Source: Patiria miniata
Lineage: Eukaryota
Assembly: GCF_015706575.1 (NCBI RefSeq)
Contig: NW_024037060.1
Span: 2,728,515-2,792,514, forward strand
Length of the DNA stretch: 64,000 nucleotides
Direction: 5' to 3'
The position numbers and the translations under genes were made by a program. Every line of letters begins with the position of its first letter. Position 1 is the stretch's first letter. Below are positions 22,178 to 37,153 of the stretch, piece after piece. The notes beneath the pieces were generated by a model. The model worked only from the letters and a program-made list of their open reading frames with translations. It was not told the origin of the DNA and searched no databases.

Positions 22178-25100
22178 GCTTCACTTGCTCAGAAGGCCAT
22201 GGGTAAAGGCGTCCCAGTCGACAAGTGCTCCAAACTGCCCTTCCACGCTCTCTACCGACCCTTTAATGTACGCGCTCGCCCGCTCGATGGCTTGTGAGAC
22301 CTTCCCAGCGACAGACGTGGGCAAGTCTAGCTGGGCAGACACGTTATGTAGGTGAAGGCGGGCGAGTAGAGTCGCCACCAGTCGGACGGCCAGATCAAAG
22401 ATGTCACCGACGTCTACCGTAGCTCCTTCTCGCGACATGACTACACAATAAACAACGAATTTATATTATAATTATGATGATATAAATATCATAAAAATAA
22501 ATGATTAAGCATGGTTAATTTTTAAGGGATTTTTAAAATTAAAAACGAGCATGCCTTTTGTATCCCTTATACTTATAGAAACGTATTGATGTGTCATAAT
22601 GGGGTATCTCATATTTCAAAAAATAATAAAAAAATATAATATTAACGTTTATTAATAATAACGGTGTGGACTTCTTTTGGTATAATATAAAATGATCTGA
22701 ACAGTGTTGGTCTATATTGATGATTATGTATTAATATATACATACGTTTCACCAACTCCCTCAAAAAAGGCCCAATAATCATTATCAAAATAACTTGGAC
22801 GACTATCGAAATTGAAGACAAGGATTCACTTGGGCCGTCTTACCTGATTTGAGTTTTTCTTTGAGACGTTGTTTGCACTCCAAGATGTTGATACCTAGAA
22901 TCTCCTCCAGTTCAGACTGAAACTCCCAATGTCCGTCCTGAAAAGCGGAAAACCCAATAAGCCCTTAGATTTCAGCCAACTAAGCTGTTTAGATTATAAT
23001 TAGCCATTTTTGACAGAAAGAAAGCACACATTCATAATGGAGCCTGACAGGTATTATAACACATACCACGTTTTGTAACTCAATAAGACGCAGCGTGTCT
23101 TTGGTGACAGTTTCTGGATCCTTTACAAGAGAAGCCATGGCGTCAGTCATCAGCTCATCATCGGAGCTCCCAACAGACACTTGAGGTGGACGTCGGGGAG
23201 GGGCGGTGCCTCCTAGGGTTGGTGGGGTAGGAGGTGGGGCAAGGCTTACTCCAGATGGTAGGGGAGGGGGAGGGGCGGCGCCTCCTGGTGGGGGCGGGGG
23301 AGGGGGAGGGGCGGCGCCTCCTGGCGGGGGAGGGGGAGGAGCGGAGCTGGCCATAGTTTCTAAAAGTGGAATGGGGGAAGCGCGCATACGTGCTGAGAAA
23401 GCTTCCTCATCAAATGATGGGGGATGGGGAGATAATTCCGGAGCGTCTCGACTAAGACTTTTCGGTTGCTTGCTCTTTTTCTTTTTAAATAAGCCCCCCA
23501 CTGCATCCTTTGCTGTCTTCATTATGCCTGGGCCGCTGGACTTCGGTCGTCTTTCAGGAGCGTAAGATGCTCCAGGCAATTCTTTTTCCTTTCTTGCAGC
23601 TTTGGCCCTTTTCTGAATGACAGGATTTTCTGAACCCTGAAGTACCTTGACTGGTTCAAAGGCCCTCTCTTCATAGCGTTGTGGCTCTGGCATGGTGAGT
23701 TCAAGCACTGGTTCCGGCATAACGACCTCCCTTTCGATCATCCTATCCGGTTCCAAGACAACTTCTCTTTCTTGTACAGCAAGTTCTCTAATATCCTCAC
23801 TTAGTTCGTGACGTTGTGGCATGGCTACAGTGTCAACAAACTGGGGAGAAAGACTCCTCTGCGGCTCTGGCATGAGAAGATCTCTTTCGATCATCAAATC
23901 CGGCTCAAAGACAACTTCTTCTCTAGCACTGGTGTAAAGCATCGGCCGTGGGACATATATTTCCTGTTCCATCACATCTTCCTCCAACACTTTCGCAGTC
24001 ATGATCTCCTGCGGCTCCTGTGGTTCCGCAACCCAGCTGCGGGATACAGTTACAAGGGTGTCTGTCTTAAGTGGTTCCATTTTGGGTCTTCCCATCGGTT
24101 CCTGTCCATAGCTGCATGTGTCTCGGTCTTCCACCCATGTCACTTCATCCCTTGTCAACTCATGAGAGACTGTCATCCATCTATCCATCTCCCCTGTTGA
24201 CTCTACATTGTCTTCCTGACTGACTACCACTAACTCCTCTCCTAACTCATCAATGTCTTCAAGATATACTTCCACTGACTCGTCTAATTCAGCCGGGATA
24301 TCGCGTAGGCTGGGTTTGTGCTCAGGCTGTACCGGCTGCGCATTGATCCTTGCCATCTCCATTTGACATCTGATTAGTACAAAGAAATGCAGTTTATATA
24401 ATTAGACATTTATTTATGTATTTATTTATTCCATTTCTTTGCCCAGGGTATGCCCAAACTGTTAGAAACTGGTTTCCATTAGGGCCCTGCATACTTACCA
24501 AATTATTAAAAAATGTTAAGTAAAGTTGACCTCGTAAGGAAAATACATTGGTGAAACATACGACGAACATTAATATTTTTATACAAGTACATGTATCTCA
24601 AAAATATTAAAGAAAAGCTATATACATTGTACATATTTTAAACATGCAACTATTTGGCATAAATTACTGATCACGCGGGACGGGCGAAAACCCCACAAAA
24701 ACCTTTAGGGGGAAAAAAGGAGAAATTCTTAATCCAGCTCCAAATTAATGCCATGGCAACCAAGTATATAGTCCGTAGATCAACGCATTTTGAACTAAAT
24801 TTCACTCACTTATGGTGTGAAATAAACTCAGATATGAAAATATAACATACTTAACCAACGAAGAACACCCTTCCCAAACAAGCTGGTAAAGGGTCGACGT
24901 TAGGTTCAAATAGGCACTGGTAAGGAAACGCTTAGTATAGATCTTTATCATGCTGCCACCATTTCAGTCTTGTTCCCTGTATCCAATAAAAATACTTTTT
25001 TTTGCGTACAAAAAGGAACCAGACTATTTTTACCTTCCAGCCTCGCTTTGGTTACGTTGATTTGAATGGGAAAAATCAAAACGGACGCAACATGATAATG

Positions 25101-28100
25101 GTCTATTATGTCACTTTGTCACGTACTATTAGTTGGCATTGTATACCGTTTTGCTGTGGGGTTGCTAAATTTGATGATTGTAGCAAAAGGGTGCCGACGC
25201 TATTTCCAAAGCGCTTTAAATTATGCTGTTTCTTCTAACGATACAGACCACGTTGTGCCCATACCTATTGAGACATAAAGATGATTTATAGGAAGGGAAG
25301 AAGGTATAGATACGTACGTTTCAGCCCAATCCACAGCTTGCTGCAAAGCATCTAGGTTATCAAGCTTCGAGGTATCTGCACAATTAAACCAAAAAAATGG
25401 ATTTAGTTTGAGACCACTCAGACCCAACAAGACACTTTTGGGGTACACTAGATGCCAATAAAACCCAGGCAGCATGTTTATAGGCCCTATACGGCCACCG
25501 TAACGATGCCAATGACATCATTTGAGTTCAAAGCGAGTCGTACTCATTGTGTCAATCATGAAGAACTGAGAGTATACTTGGTTGTGAAGAAATTCAGTAT
25601 AAAACGGATTCGGTAAAACGTTTTACTCTCTTATTTTATTATTTGCAAAGAGTGACAATTTGCTTTAATCGATGAAAAATTCCATCACGCCCCAGACGTT
25701 TCTGAGTATATTTTATTCAAACTAATAGGTCGAGTTTTCACTCGAGTTTCCACTGTAGGCCTATTGACTTTTTTCCAGAGGATTCAATTCCAAAATACAG
25801 GGTTTTTTCACTGTAAATCGTGTAGTTCCTTGTTTCACTGTTTTTTTTTTTTTTTTTAAATAAGAGGTTATTGTGATTTGAAACAAAAATCAGAATTCAT
25901 ATCGGCATTGATACCTTTGTGATTCTTCTCTTAATAGAGCAAACGTAAAGCTATAGTTTACTGTTCACCTTCAATTATTAACAATAAGATTAAGTTTACG
26001 GTTGCAAACTTAAGGTAAATCTTACCTTAAGGTAAGTTAACTTACCGTAAACTTACGGTAAATCTTACCTTCAATAACTGTTGTTTCTTGAACCTCGGCG
26101 AGTTCGGGCATAGCTTTCTTGGTCTCCAAGAACGCACCGTTGACGAGCTGAAACGCCTGGTCCATGTTGCGTTTGACTCGGGCACAAAACTTTGAAAATG
26201 AGTAGGCCACCTGAAAAAGGTAAATGATAGAAAAATAATGACTTCGTCACTTCTCTTCTCCGAAAACGCCCAAAATATTGCAGTAAATGGGTTCTTATTT
26301 TGTTTCTAGCTAGGTGTATAGATGTTACAGGATGCATGGTGGTATACTTAGCGGATGGAAACGTGGTTTGAAATTGCTTTGTCCGTGCTTAATAGTTTTG
26401 CCCCCGCAAAAATAACGTAAGTATTGAATTTATAGTGTTTTGAATACATGATTGATTGAAGTTTAACCAAGTTTGATGTTATTATAGATTTAAGGTATTG
26501 GAATTTGGAATCTCTTTCTTAAAATGTTCATGTCCACCATGCAAACTTACAGGTTTCAGTCATTCTTAAAATTTCAATAAATATTTTTTTGCACATTATG
26601 AAACATGGTAGAAATTTTACCAAATACATTGCAGAGTGTAGTGAAAGTTTAAAAAAAAAAAAAGTTTTCCCAACACCCAATGGAAATTTTAAATGCAATT
26701 CTAATGATTTAAAACTGTAAACAACTTTGTACCGTTAGGGTAATAGGCTGGGCGTAGGAGAGAGTCTCTTTGGCCAACCCGTACGCTTCCTCGAAGTACT
26801 TCTCTGCTGACTTGAAGGAGAATGAATCGGCGGCCACTTTGGCGGTTTTCAGAAGGCTGTGAACTCGCTTCAAAGGTGACAACTGGAGAGGAAAACGTTC
26901 ACCGTTCAGAAGATTCAACATAGTTTAGTCTGTCTGCTTTCAATTTCTCAAGAGAGAATCTAGGTTTTTCCGACTCCAACCTTGTTCAGCAAAGTAATGT
27001 TCCAAGAGCTGGGTGGTCGGGAACTTTCTCAAGTCGCTTAATGAAAGAAAAACAAATAATAAAAAACATTCTGGTTGGACTAGACATGCAGAGCCCATGC
27101 TTGTTAGGTTAAGTCTCAAACAATTAAACCATGATTAATTAACCTTCAGTCTCTGACGACGGGCAGAGCATACTGCCCGAAACGTTGGGTTTTCCCCGGT
27201 TCTTTTCAGAACCTCACAAACTCACCAAAGAGATATGTCACATGGTGCTACCTTTAATTGTTATATTTTTGCTATCGTCACCATGCAGTTATATAATTAC
27301 CAATGAGTTAGATAGACCTACAGAATTTGTTTGTAAGGTGTTTGTCCGACCTCACCTGTTCCGTTTCCGCCATTAGTTCCTCCCACTTGAGCGAGAGGAG
27401 ATGGTCGACATCTTCAGCATCGAGAAGTTTCTCTAGACTCAGAACTGTGGCAGGTCTCTGACCTTCTGTAAGCTGTTTCTGCTCAACCTGCAGGGAGCGG
27501 AAACGCAGGGAACGCAGAACGATACATTCAATCTTTCTTTTATCAAGAAGAAGTTTTTGTTACGGTCAGCGGAACAGAGTTCCAGCTGCAACATGACAAG
27601 TTAAAAAAATAATAACCACAGACAATTGAGTTTTACCTCATCTCTTTCCTCCACAGCGATGAAGCTCGTGAAGGGAGTGACAATCGAGTACTGGATGCTC
27701 AGCTCCACGATGCGCGTTTTCAGCTCGTTCTTCTGCGATTCGTGCTCTGTGCGATCAGCGTGGAGGGCGCCCTCTTCCCAATTCCTGATGACGGCGCGCG
27801 CGGCCAACTGGTGAAGAATCTGTGATTGCAACGGGATGGATTGCTTCATGTATTGCGTCTTAAACAATCCGTGGTCAACGATGACTTCTTGTGCAAGTAC
27901 TTCCTTTATCAAATCGTATAAGCTTGATTTGTCTCATTAAATAGGAACATGGTTCTCGGGGAACACAGTTCGTTTTATCACAGTTTCTTGCTATACATTG
28001 TTTCAGAGATCGAGAGGCGCCGAAATAAAGTTAGGCCCTATCTTTAAATAATTAATGACTTTACGTAAACATTTTGTAAGAAATCGGGTTTTAACTGTCT

Positions 28101-31100
28101 CCGTCTTTCACACATACTTTTATAGTTAACAATAACGGAAATTTCCAGTGTATTTCAGCTTTAATTTCAATCTAAAAAAATCGGTGCATTATTTATGTTG
28201 GATACATTAATTAACAAGCTTTCATTTGGACAGAGGTTGAAAGTCAGCTACTGACAGCAAAAATATATCGGAAGTAAAATTAGAGTTAATATTTTGGATT
28301 CTGAAGTACCTTTCCCTCCATTTTTGGATGATCTGTTGCCGAAAGCTCCATCTCAACCTTCCTGCCGTTGATCTCGGCAGTCAGCGTTGCCTGCATAAAC
28401 CACAACATAATCAACAATCTTTCATAATAACAATTTCAAGCAAATCCTATCATGGGCATTAGTCAAATAGTGTTTGATTTATGACGTAACTTAAAGTCAA
28501 TGGTTCAAACATAATAGCGTTACTTCTGGGTGCTGGTTCCGTGTTGTGCCTCATGATGCGCGCGACTAATTTAACGCTAACCTTCCTTATTATTGTTGAT
28601 CTTTAGCTGATATCGTTGAAGACTTTAATTAACGTGCACACGTCAGCGACTTGAACCTTAATAAACAATGCTTGTTTCGACAGTGGATTAGTCAAAACAA
28701 AAATCCGCAATTTCAAGCAAATCCTATCATGGGCATTAGTCAATGTGTTAATAACAGGGAGTGGAGTACACGTTGTTGGTTAACGGCATGTTGTCGACCA
28801 TTCATTATATGCGTTCACGATAGTTGCAATGGCCCGTCCAATATCGACACCTTTTGTCATTTTCGCCGTTGAGGGGGTAACTTACTTTCTGGCATTCTTG
28901 GACGAGTCCGTAGACCAGCAGCCTGTTGTGTCTAAACAAGGAGGTGATTTCTGCAGGAGCCTGGAGGGCAGGTGGGCGTGGCTCAGCATCATCTTGGTGC
29001 CACGTGACACGCAGGGATGCGACAGCCGGCTGGGATGCGCGAGAGACTTGCAATTGGATCTGTATAGAATCGAGAATAGACCGATCCATTAATAGGCTCC
29101 GCCCCATGGCGTTTCGACCAATCAAAGCCGTGATTAATGCCCAACATGCGTGAACGCGCATGTGAGTAGGCGGGGTCTCTAACCGATCAGTCTTAGCCTG
29201 GCATGTTCCTCACCAAATACTGCGGCCTTCAGGTGTTCATATAGAACGGGTGATACTCAGACTAGTGTTCATATTGACAGACCTTGCTTTGCAGATAATA
29301 TATTTTCCTGCTTCTGGTTAATTCCACGTACATACAATTAACAAAAGAACGATTATTGGAAACCGAATTCAATTTCTGTTAAAGATGGTTCTTTAAACTT
29401 AAATTATTAACCTGAGCTCTTTAGATCTTTTAATTCATGCATAAATACATCCTCTTCTCAAATATGAAGCGCACCTTTTGCTCCCAAGTGGATTTGGCCT
29501 TGGTGTCAAAGAACTCAAAAGCACCACCTCCTTGTCTGGCGGCTGCTGCCAGTAAATGCCGATTGGCTGTTTTGCTGTAAAAAATGGAAAATGTAGATAC
29601 ACAACCACTGATAGGTTAGTGAAAAAAAGATTTTGAAATTTGCCATCTCCCCTCTAGGTTTCTAAGACCGAGTCAGATGCATGATGAGTTGCAGTTATTA
29701 GCATTGTTATGACGATAATGATGATGATGATGCTGATAATACATAGTAACATTTTATTGGCTAAGACACGTTCACGTGACGTGTTTCAGAAGTTAATGTA
29801 TGATCACTTAATCCGATGCATCATCGGATTCAAATCGTTCAAAACCACATCCCAGCAGATACTACAATAATTTTACCTGACACCAAAAGTGAACACCCGG
29901 GAGTGTGCCCGGTGGCGTCCCACCGCCCTCAACGTTGCCTGTTCGTTGCTAAGGTGACCGTCTGTTATCAGAAACAGGTTTCTGAGGGCGCTCGTCGGCT
30001 TCAGGAGATGGTTGGACTGTAGAGGGCGCCAGAAGTCCGTGCAGCCCTGCTCGGCGGTAGCGCCCTTGATGAACTCCCTGGCCGCTTTCAGGTTGGCTTG
30101 TGTCTTGGGCTGGCTGGCAGGGAAAAGTTCGTCAAACTCTACAAAAAAAACAAGGATGAATTGTAGAAAATTAATTAAAATGTGACGAACTTGGTTATCT
30201 TTGTCAAATTTTGCCGAGCGTCAAACACAGTTGGCAAGTGGTAACATTATAAGGCTTATTCTATATAAATGAGAGCCCCTAACTGGTTACAAAGAGTGAG
30301 TTTAACAGACGGGACACTTGACCACACTGCTGCCTAATCAGGCCAGTAGCTCTTGCGAAAACGATACACCTGCACGCAGTCAATATTCGTGATCAATATG
30401 TGATTAAACCTTTTCGCACCTGTGCCAAAGAAGATGACATTAAAGGTGCACTGCGCGGGTAGATTCTGCAGAATGAGCAGCAGGAGTTTCTTGGCTTCCT
30501 CCAAGATCTCCCCTTTCATCGAGTTGGAAGAGTCCAGAACAAGAACCATGTCTGGATTGGTCACTGAGCCCACATCGATATCGGGGTAGAAGACAAGCAT
30601 GGCGGCCTGTATTGAAGAAATGAGATCTTTTGAATAACACTTTTAATTGCATGGGGACTTAGTGATGATTCTACCATTTTGGTGCAGAGGTGTAGGCATA
30701 CGGTTTCCTTGCTATCTATCTGTAATTTCAAATACCTCCCAGGCCTACATGAGATTGGGGCCAGTCCGTGCCTCGTGCCTATGTGGTTTTTTCCTGGAAT
30801 ATTTTCCTTGATTTCCTCCTGCCTCTAAAAATGATTTTTTTTTTGTCTTCAGACTTTCCGACAATATTGGTAAACCACTTTCCAGAAATACCCTGTTTAC
30901 ATCACGAGAAAGAACTGAATGAAATACAATATTCGTTACGTTGTTATGAAGGTCGCAGATTCAAACCCTGCTCCAGGCAATATCTTTGTACAAACTCACT
31001 ATTATAAACAAGAGACATAATAACATTTCAGACGTAAAATTTACCGAAGGAAAACCAAGGCCAACCGGCAATATATTGCAATAGCGTGGACCGGTATTTC

Positions 31101-34100
31101 TCTAAATCTGATTGGCTATTTTATGTTACCTGCTCTTTAGTTCCCGGATGTTCTTCCAACCACATCCGGGGCTTGTGCATCTCATCTAGACCAATCAAAA
31201 GCTGGAACCCATCATCCAGCTTGGAGTCCTTTCCCAATTTAATAGAGGCCTTTTTGTTGTCTCGCTGCAAAACAAACAAAATGATTCTGATTTCAAAAAA
31301 GAAAAGAACAAAATAATAATGCCATGCAAGGTACGTGATACCCGATTGAGGCTTTTGAAATAGTGAACTTATAACAGTTTGTCTAGTTTAACTATAGAAC
31401 CAATTCCTTGTTCCAATACGTTTATATGCATGGAAGCTTAAAATTTGTAACAAGGAGTTACTCAAGCCCATCGCAGCTGAGAAAAGTTTGTTATTATTTA
31501 CTTTCTTTCTTAAAACTTTGTTAAACTTACTTTGACAAGAATGGAGTGTGTGGGGGATTCGATGCATGTGATCTCGGATGCCATGGTAACCGCAACCTGA
31601 ACTGATTCTTCTCTGAGAAGGAAATAAAGGAAAAGACGAGCAACAATAGATTGCAGCAACTGGAGACTTTTGACATGCTAGGTTGCAGCAAGCACACCTG
31701 TCCTTTCAATCAATTACGTCTTCGAGCTAATGTTTAAAATGATGCAGATCGACAATATATAAAGACCACGCAAGCACCTAGCTATAGTTATGAGGAGTTC
31801 CTTTGTAAATGGGTATTTGGTATTCAGTGAGGTGGTCTGGAAAAATGAAATCAATCGGGAAAACTTGTTATCTACATTTCAAATACATAAAATGTTCTTT
31901 AATTACTTGTATATTGTTTCTAGGTCGACGTCGACGGCGTCCGCTCCTCCGGGGGCGCCCTTCGCCATCACCTCCTGTCGTTTCCATGGCGCCACGCTGC
32001 CTAGGAGTTTGAAGGCTAATTTGTCGCCCTCGACGGCCAGCTCAGTCACGTAGGTGACTTTGATCAGGACGTCGGAATGAGCTGGCAGATTGCCAACGCT
32101 GACGGAAAACACATTCTAAGGGCAAAAGACAAAGCGTTCCAGTAACGCATTGTGTAGCCTGTTGGAACCAACTTTGCACAAATCCAGGTGCAAGAAAAAT
32201 ATACAGTTGTATACACAGTACGATATTAAACAAAGGAAACCTTAAGATAAAGTTAAAAAGCAGTGGACAGGTCTGCGGTTTACGTCTTACCGGTGCCTCT
32301 TCATCCATGAGGTATGCTCCATGCCCCTCCTCCACCGCCTTACGGTACTCCTGGTGCGCCGCCTCTTTCTCCTTCACAACACCAACTACATGTTTGTTAT
32401 TGATAAACGCCTCGAAGCCACATACCGCGGCTGCTTCGTCCACAGGGAAGACGTATTTGGCCTCCATGGGTTCACTGCTGTTATTCCGGTAGGCCTGTAT
32501 GACGACAACCTGTGAGAAATCCGGTGTGAAATGTAAAAAAAAGCATTATTCCTAACATTTTTTGGTGTACTGTAGAAAATCCAGCAAGTTTGGAGAAAAA
32601 CCCGAGGTGAATGTGTATATTGGAACTTCCCACAAATTCAAAAGTGAATTAGAAGCCAATTTGACATCACGCGTCACGATGCTTTCGCAGCGATATTTAC
32701 CAAGCCGAAATGTGTTTATATTTCTTTAAAGGAATTGCGAAAACCTACCGGCACATGGCAAATACGCGAGGTAAAGTACAGCGAAAGTCAAGTACAAGCA
32801 CCACGTCTTGGGTATTTTGTGCGTGTACTATATATTTGTCTCTAAATTCTCCCAAATTCAGACCCAAAATTCTCATGCAAATGTTAAAAGAACAGACAAA
32901 CCTTTACAAAAACCAAGTATGTTAAATAAAATATACCAATTCACAATATATCATACGATGATTTAGATATTGGTTTATTTAAATAACAGCGCCCTTTACC
33001 TGTGCTACAAGATCTAGTATTTGTGCCCTGATGTGCACGGCTTGTAACGTCACAGTGTCTGATGTCTCATTGCTGCCGACCAAACCAGCTTCAATGCTGG
33101 CGATCGGGTCCTTAGCACATTCGATGTCACTCAAATCTGTCAATTAAGGGAGAAAAAACAGGTTTTTTATATCAACAGTGAAATAAAAACCGCACTTTGT
33201 CCCCTGAAAAAAATCATGATTTCCAGTAAAACTTCAAACTGAAACTGACCCCGAAAAACAAACAATATTTATGTATTGATGCCATTTTTAATCTTCTAAA
33301 ATAAAGTCCCGTTCCCTTTATACTTTATAACTGTGTACACCGACCGAACACGGCACTGTCCTGAAAACGTACACTTTCAAGGAATCAAGTTTTCGTATAG
33401 AGTCAGATTTGACATATTACCGTCCGTAGTGTTATTATAGTGGCAGAATTATGATTTCTTTCTTTTTAAGTTTCTGAGCAGACGAAGATCGATCTTATAC
33501 CAATATTACAAACAGAAAGACAATCAAACAGTAGGCCTAAATAATGTGGTTAAATACTTTTAAGTTCTGCATTAACGTGTCTATCAATTTAATTGCAACA
33601 GCCAAAAGTGTCGCCGTTTACGTTCAGCAACTCATGTCATTTTTTTTAAACAAAAAGTCGGGCAAAATGCAAAAATGTCACTCGTTAACACCCGACCCCT
33701 TGCAAAATCAGAAAGCCAACTGTATTTCATCGTTTTACCGATATCTGAAGGACGGGCGCTGCTTTCTTCTTGGGCCTGCTCAGGAAAGATCAGCTGCTCC
33801 ATAACTCCCTCCTCAACCTGCGGCGTCTCGCATAGCTGCATGTCGATCTCCTCGTCCCCCGGCAAGACGAACTCCACCAGGTACCGGATGCACTGCTGGT
33901 TCGCCTCGTACACAACAAACTCGTCATCCTAATTTTAAAGGGGGGAGGGGCGGGGGTGAGTAATCTGCAAGTCAATCCTGCATATATTCATTCAGTGGTA
34001 CAAACGTGTCTTATCTGTTCTCTCTCTCTCTGAAAACAAATTAGCGGAACACATCTGTTGTTCAATAAGAATTGGAAAACAGAAATTATGAAGTTGCTCA

Positions 34101-37100
34101 AAGTTCACCGTGAGTTTTCTATTTCAGTTTGTTCATGTTACTTGTTTAATGACTTTTTCTCCACTGTTTGTTTTTAATGTAAATAGTAACAAATATCTTC
34201 ATGTTGAAGTTAACGAGTAGCTCCAAGCCAGCAAAAAGCGGAAAATAAATGAAAGTTGATTCATCCATACCAAAAAATCCCTAATTCATGGTTATCCAGA
34301 TTTTTGTTCTGCTCACTCTGGGGTGCGAATATGGAGAACAGGAATTCCAGAGCCTTCTTAAATATTAAAAATGTTCAAGTCTTCTACCACTGCAACCAGG
34401 AGTGATTCCTATTTGGGATGACATTTAGGTTGAATCCACATCTGATCCCTTTGATTTCCCTTGCTGGGGTTTCCTCCAAGCAGTTAAATTAAATGCTTCG
34501 ACGTCGTCTCAACAGGCTTCCGAGCGACAGTGCCTTGCACTTTTGACGAACCCTTGGCCTCAGTATGATGTAGTAAGTTAAGGAAAGAAAGCACACACAA
34601 ATTCGACACGAACGCTGTACCTTGAACTCGGAGTCTCGTGTGCCGGTCCTGCTGACACCGTGGGTGCTATGGTAACCCTTAGGTGCCTCATTCAGGCTCA
34701 GATCAAACCAATACAGGTCTTTGATGTTGCCAAGGGCAACCTTGTTGACAACCATTAGTCTGGTGCCGGTCTGCTGGCTGGGTGACGAGTACTGCTGTGC
34801 AGTGCTGGGGATAAGCAAAACAAAATTAAAGTTAAAACCCTTCCTATAATAAAACGTAACATATGAGAAAATAAGTTCTTAATTGCAAGGTTACACGATA
34901 CAGAAATAGTCTCTCCGCATGATACATAAATAACTTTTATACCAATTATTGCTGTATCACGTGACACCCACCTGACTCGGTCGCCAAAATAGATTCCACT
35001 TCCCAGCATTCCTGCATCTCTCCGGGAACCCCCGAACACCTCGACGACAATCTTCGGGAGTAGAACACCCCTTACACGAGAGAAAACAAAACACAATTTC
35101 GTATCAACCTAACCTATAGAACGCTCGTGTTTTTCTCAGATTCCAAAGAAAAAAGATTGCATACCGCATGAAAAATATCTGGGCCTGATAACAACAGACA
35201 AAGCAGCTAGGGTAAAGGGGCCGGTCATTTAAGGACTCTTTCAATAATGGTTTTAAATTGTTGCTTTTACTTGAACACCCCTAAAGTGGAGCGAAACTGC
35301 ATTGTAGATTTTGGCTCTATTATTTTCTTATTCCCATTCGCAGTCGATTTCTTTACGAAGGTGAGTTACATCCACTTCCTTCGGAAGACGGATAGTGCCA
35401 CTTGCCGCCACAAAATTAGTGGCGGCCGCCACATAATAAGTGGCGGCCGCTGTACAAAAAATATTTTCACACGTACAAAAAATATATATATTCAGACTTA
35501 TTGAGTGGCACTATCCGTCTTCCGTAACTTCCGCCTGGAGATCGCACATTATTTGTTTCACTCAACTCACAGCAGTAGCCTAAACGCTGATATAAATTAT
35601 AAAACAGGTTTTGTCGTGTTCAGGTAATAGGCAATTGTTTGATAACACTCGTGCTAAAAGCTTCACACTTTTATTACTACGAGGGATCATCTTCACGTAC
35701 AGCGCATAAGTGTAATGCACTTAGAGATAACGGTATTTCGTTTCCTTTGTGGATACAACCTGTCAGAACAAAGTGCATCGCGTGAGAGACTTGAATCTGA
35801 AGGAGCTACTTATAAGTAGCAGAGGTTTCAAAGAAATATTGGTCATTTTTATGGCCAACTGCGGGAAAGTGTGTATGAAAGCTGAACATAGTATCCTCTT
35901 TTATGGGACGAATTCTGTAATGTTACTGACAGTATTAAATTGTGCAGCCTTACAGGTTTAATCATTTCTATCATGATTCGATATGTAATGTAATATTTGT
36001 TGTGCAATCCTTGGCAATCCTTTGTGTCCCATCCAACCTTATTTTCAATTATCGTTTCGCCATTTTGAAGGGTATTTTGGTGCCTTTTTGGTTTTATGCT
36101 AATGTGAATTACCATATTCATGAGCAAAAGTGTGACGTCTTTTCAGGCAGAAACCTCAAGATTACAGCTATTTTAGCATCAAGAGGTGCCAGAATTTTGG
36201 ATGCTTTGCTGATTAACACCATTTCATTACATTTTAGATTCCCGCCCTCTTCTGATTGCTTAAAGCAGTTTCAACGGCTGCTAGGCTACAATAATATTAA
36301 AGAATACAGAAAAGCTAAAAAAAAAATATACAAACAGCTGTTGCACTGTGTATTTTGAATGTGGGGTAGCTGTCGTGGCGCTGTGCAAAGTTTGTTTTCT
36401 CACCTAGAGAGAATCCCGAGGAAGTTAGCCGGCCTGGAAGCATGGAAGAGAAGCCGATCATTACCAGTGCCATGGGCATACACTGCTTCCTCGACCCCTC
36501 GGCTTGCTGCAAAAATGCGCTTAATTTCCAGAGGCTCGTCACTTGAAAAACAAGGAGTGCAAAATTAAAACACAAACGAAACAAAGTCACAAAAGACATA
36601 CATGGAACAAACAAAGGCCGTTTACCAAAGAGCATCCAGAGCTCCGACTACGTCAGCAGAGGGCGTGCACAGAGCGCCCTCACCGTGGGCAGGTTTTATT
36701 AAAATTCAGTGACAATGTATGTATCACATGTCTTCATAGCCGATTTTCGACCAGATCTGAACAGATTTTTTTGTAAAAAAAAAAATCTAGCAGAAAATCG
36801 AGCAGAATGGAAATTTTAGCAAATTTCTAGGAGAGTGTAAAATCGGTGATCAACTTGCAGAAAAACATAGCCGATTTGTTTTGAACAAGCTTCAATCACT
36901 TCAAACAAACCCTGGACACCACATTACACTAGGGGGCGCTGATATGGATGTATGTCAATAACATACTCACACTAACATCAAAATGGCGCTTTTTAAAAAC
37001 GCTCGTACTTTGTTTCTCCACTTTTCAGTGCTATTGAATACATTTTGGTTGTTGAGATGTTAGAAACATACCTCAAAATCCGAATTTATTTTTCTCATCA

Positions 37101-37104
37101 CAAA

Positions 37105-37153
<49 letters not shown>

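Noticed and set aside
23206-23565. Plus-strand 119-aa ORF encoding poly-Gly/Ala (…GGGGAAPPGGGGGGGG…)
   Set aside because: It is the antisense reading of the PARP4 polyproline exon (CCN codons read as GGN). The PARP4 frame is supported by collinear homology on both sides.
35942-36358. 138-aa plus-strand ORF and neighbouring ORFs 35849..36127 and 36315..36635
   Set aside because: They lie in AT-rich PARP4 intron sequence with a stop-poor composition artefact. The only meaningful coding signal there is the minus-strand PARP4 exon 36400..36545, which is in another frame.
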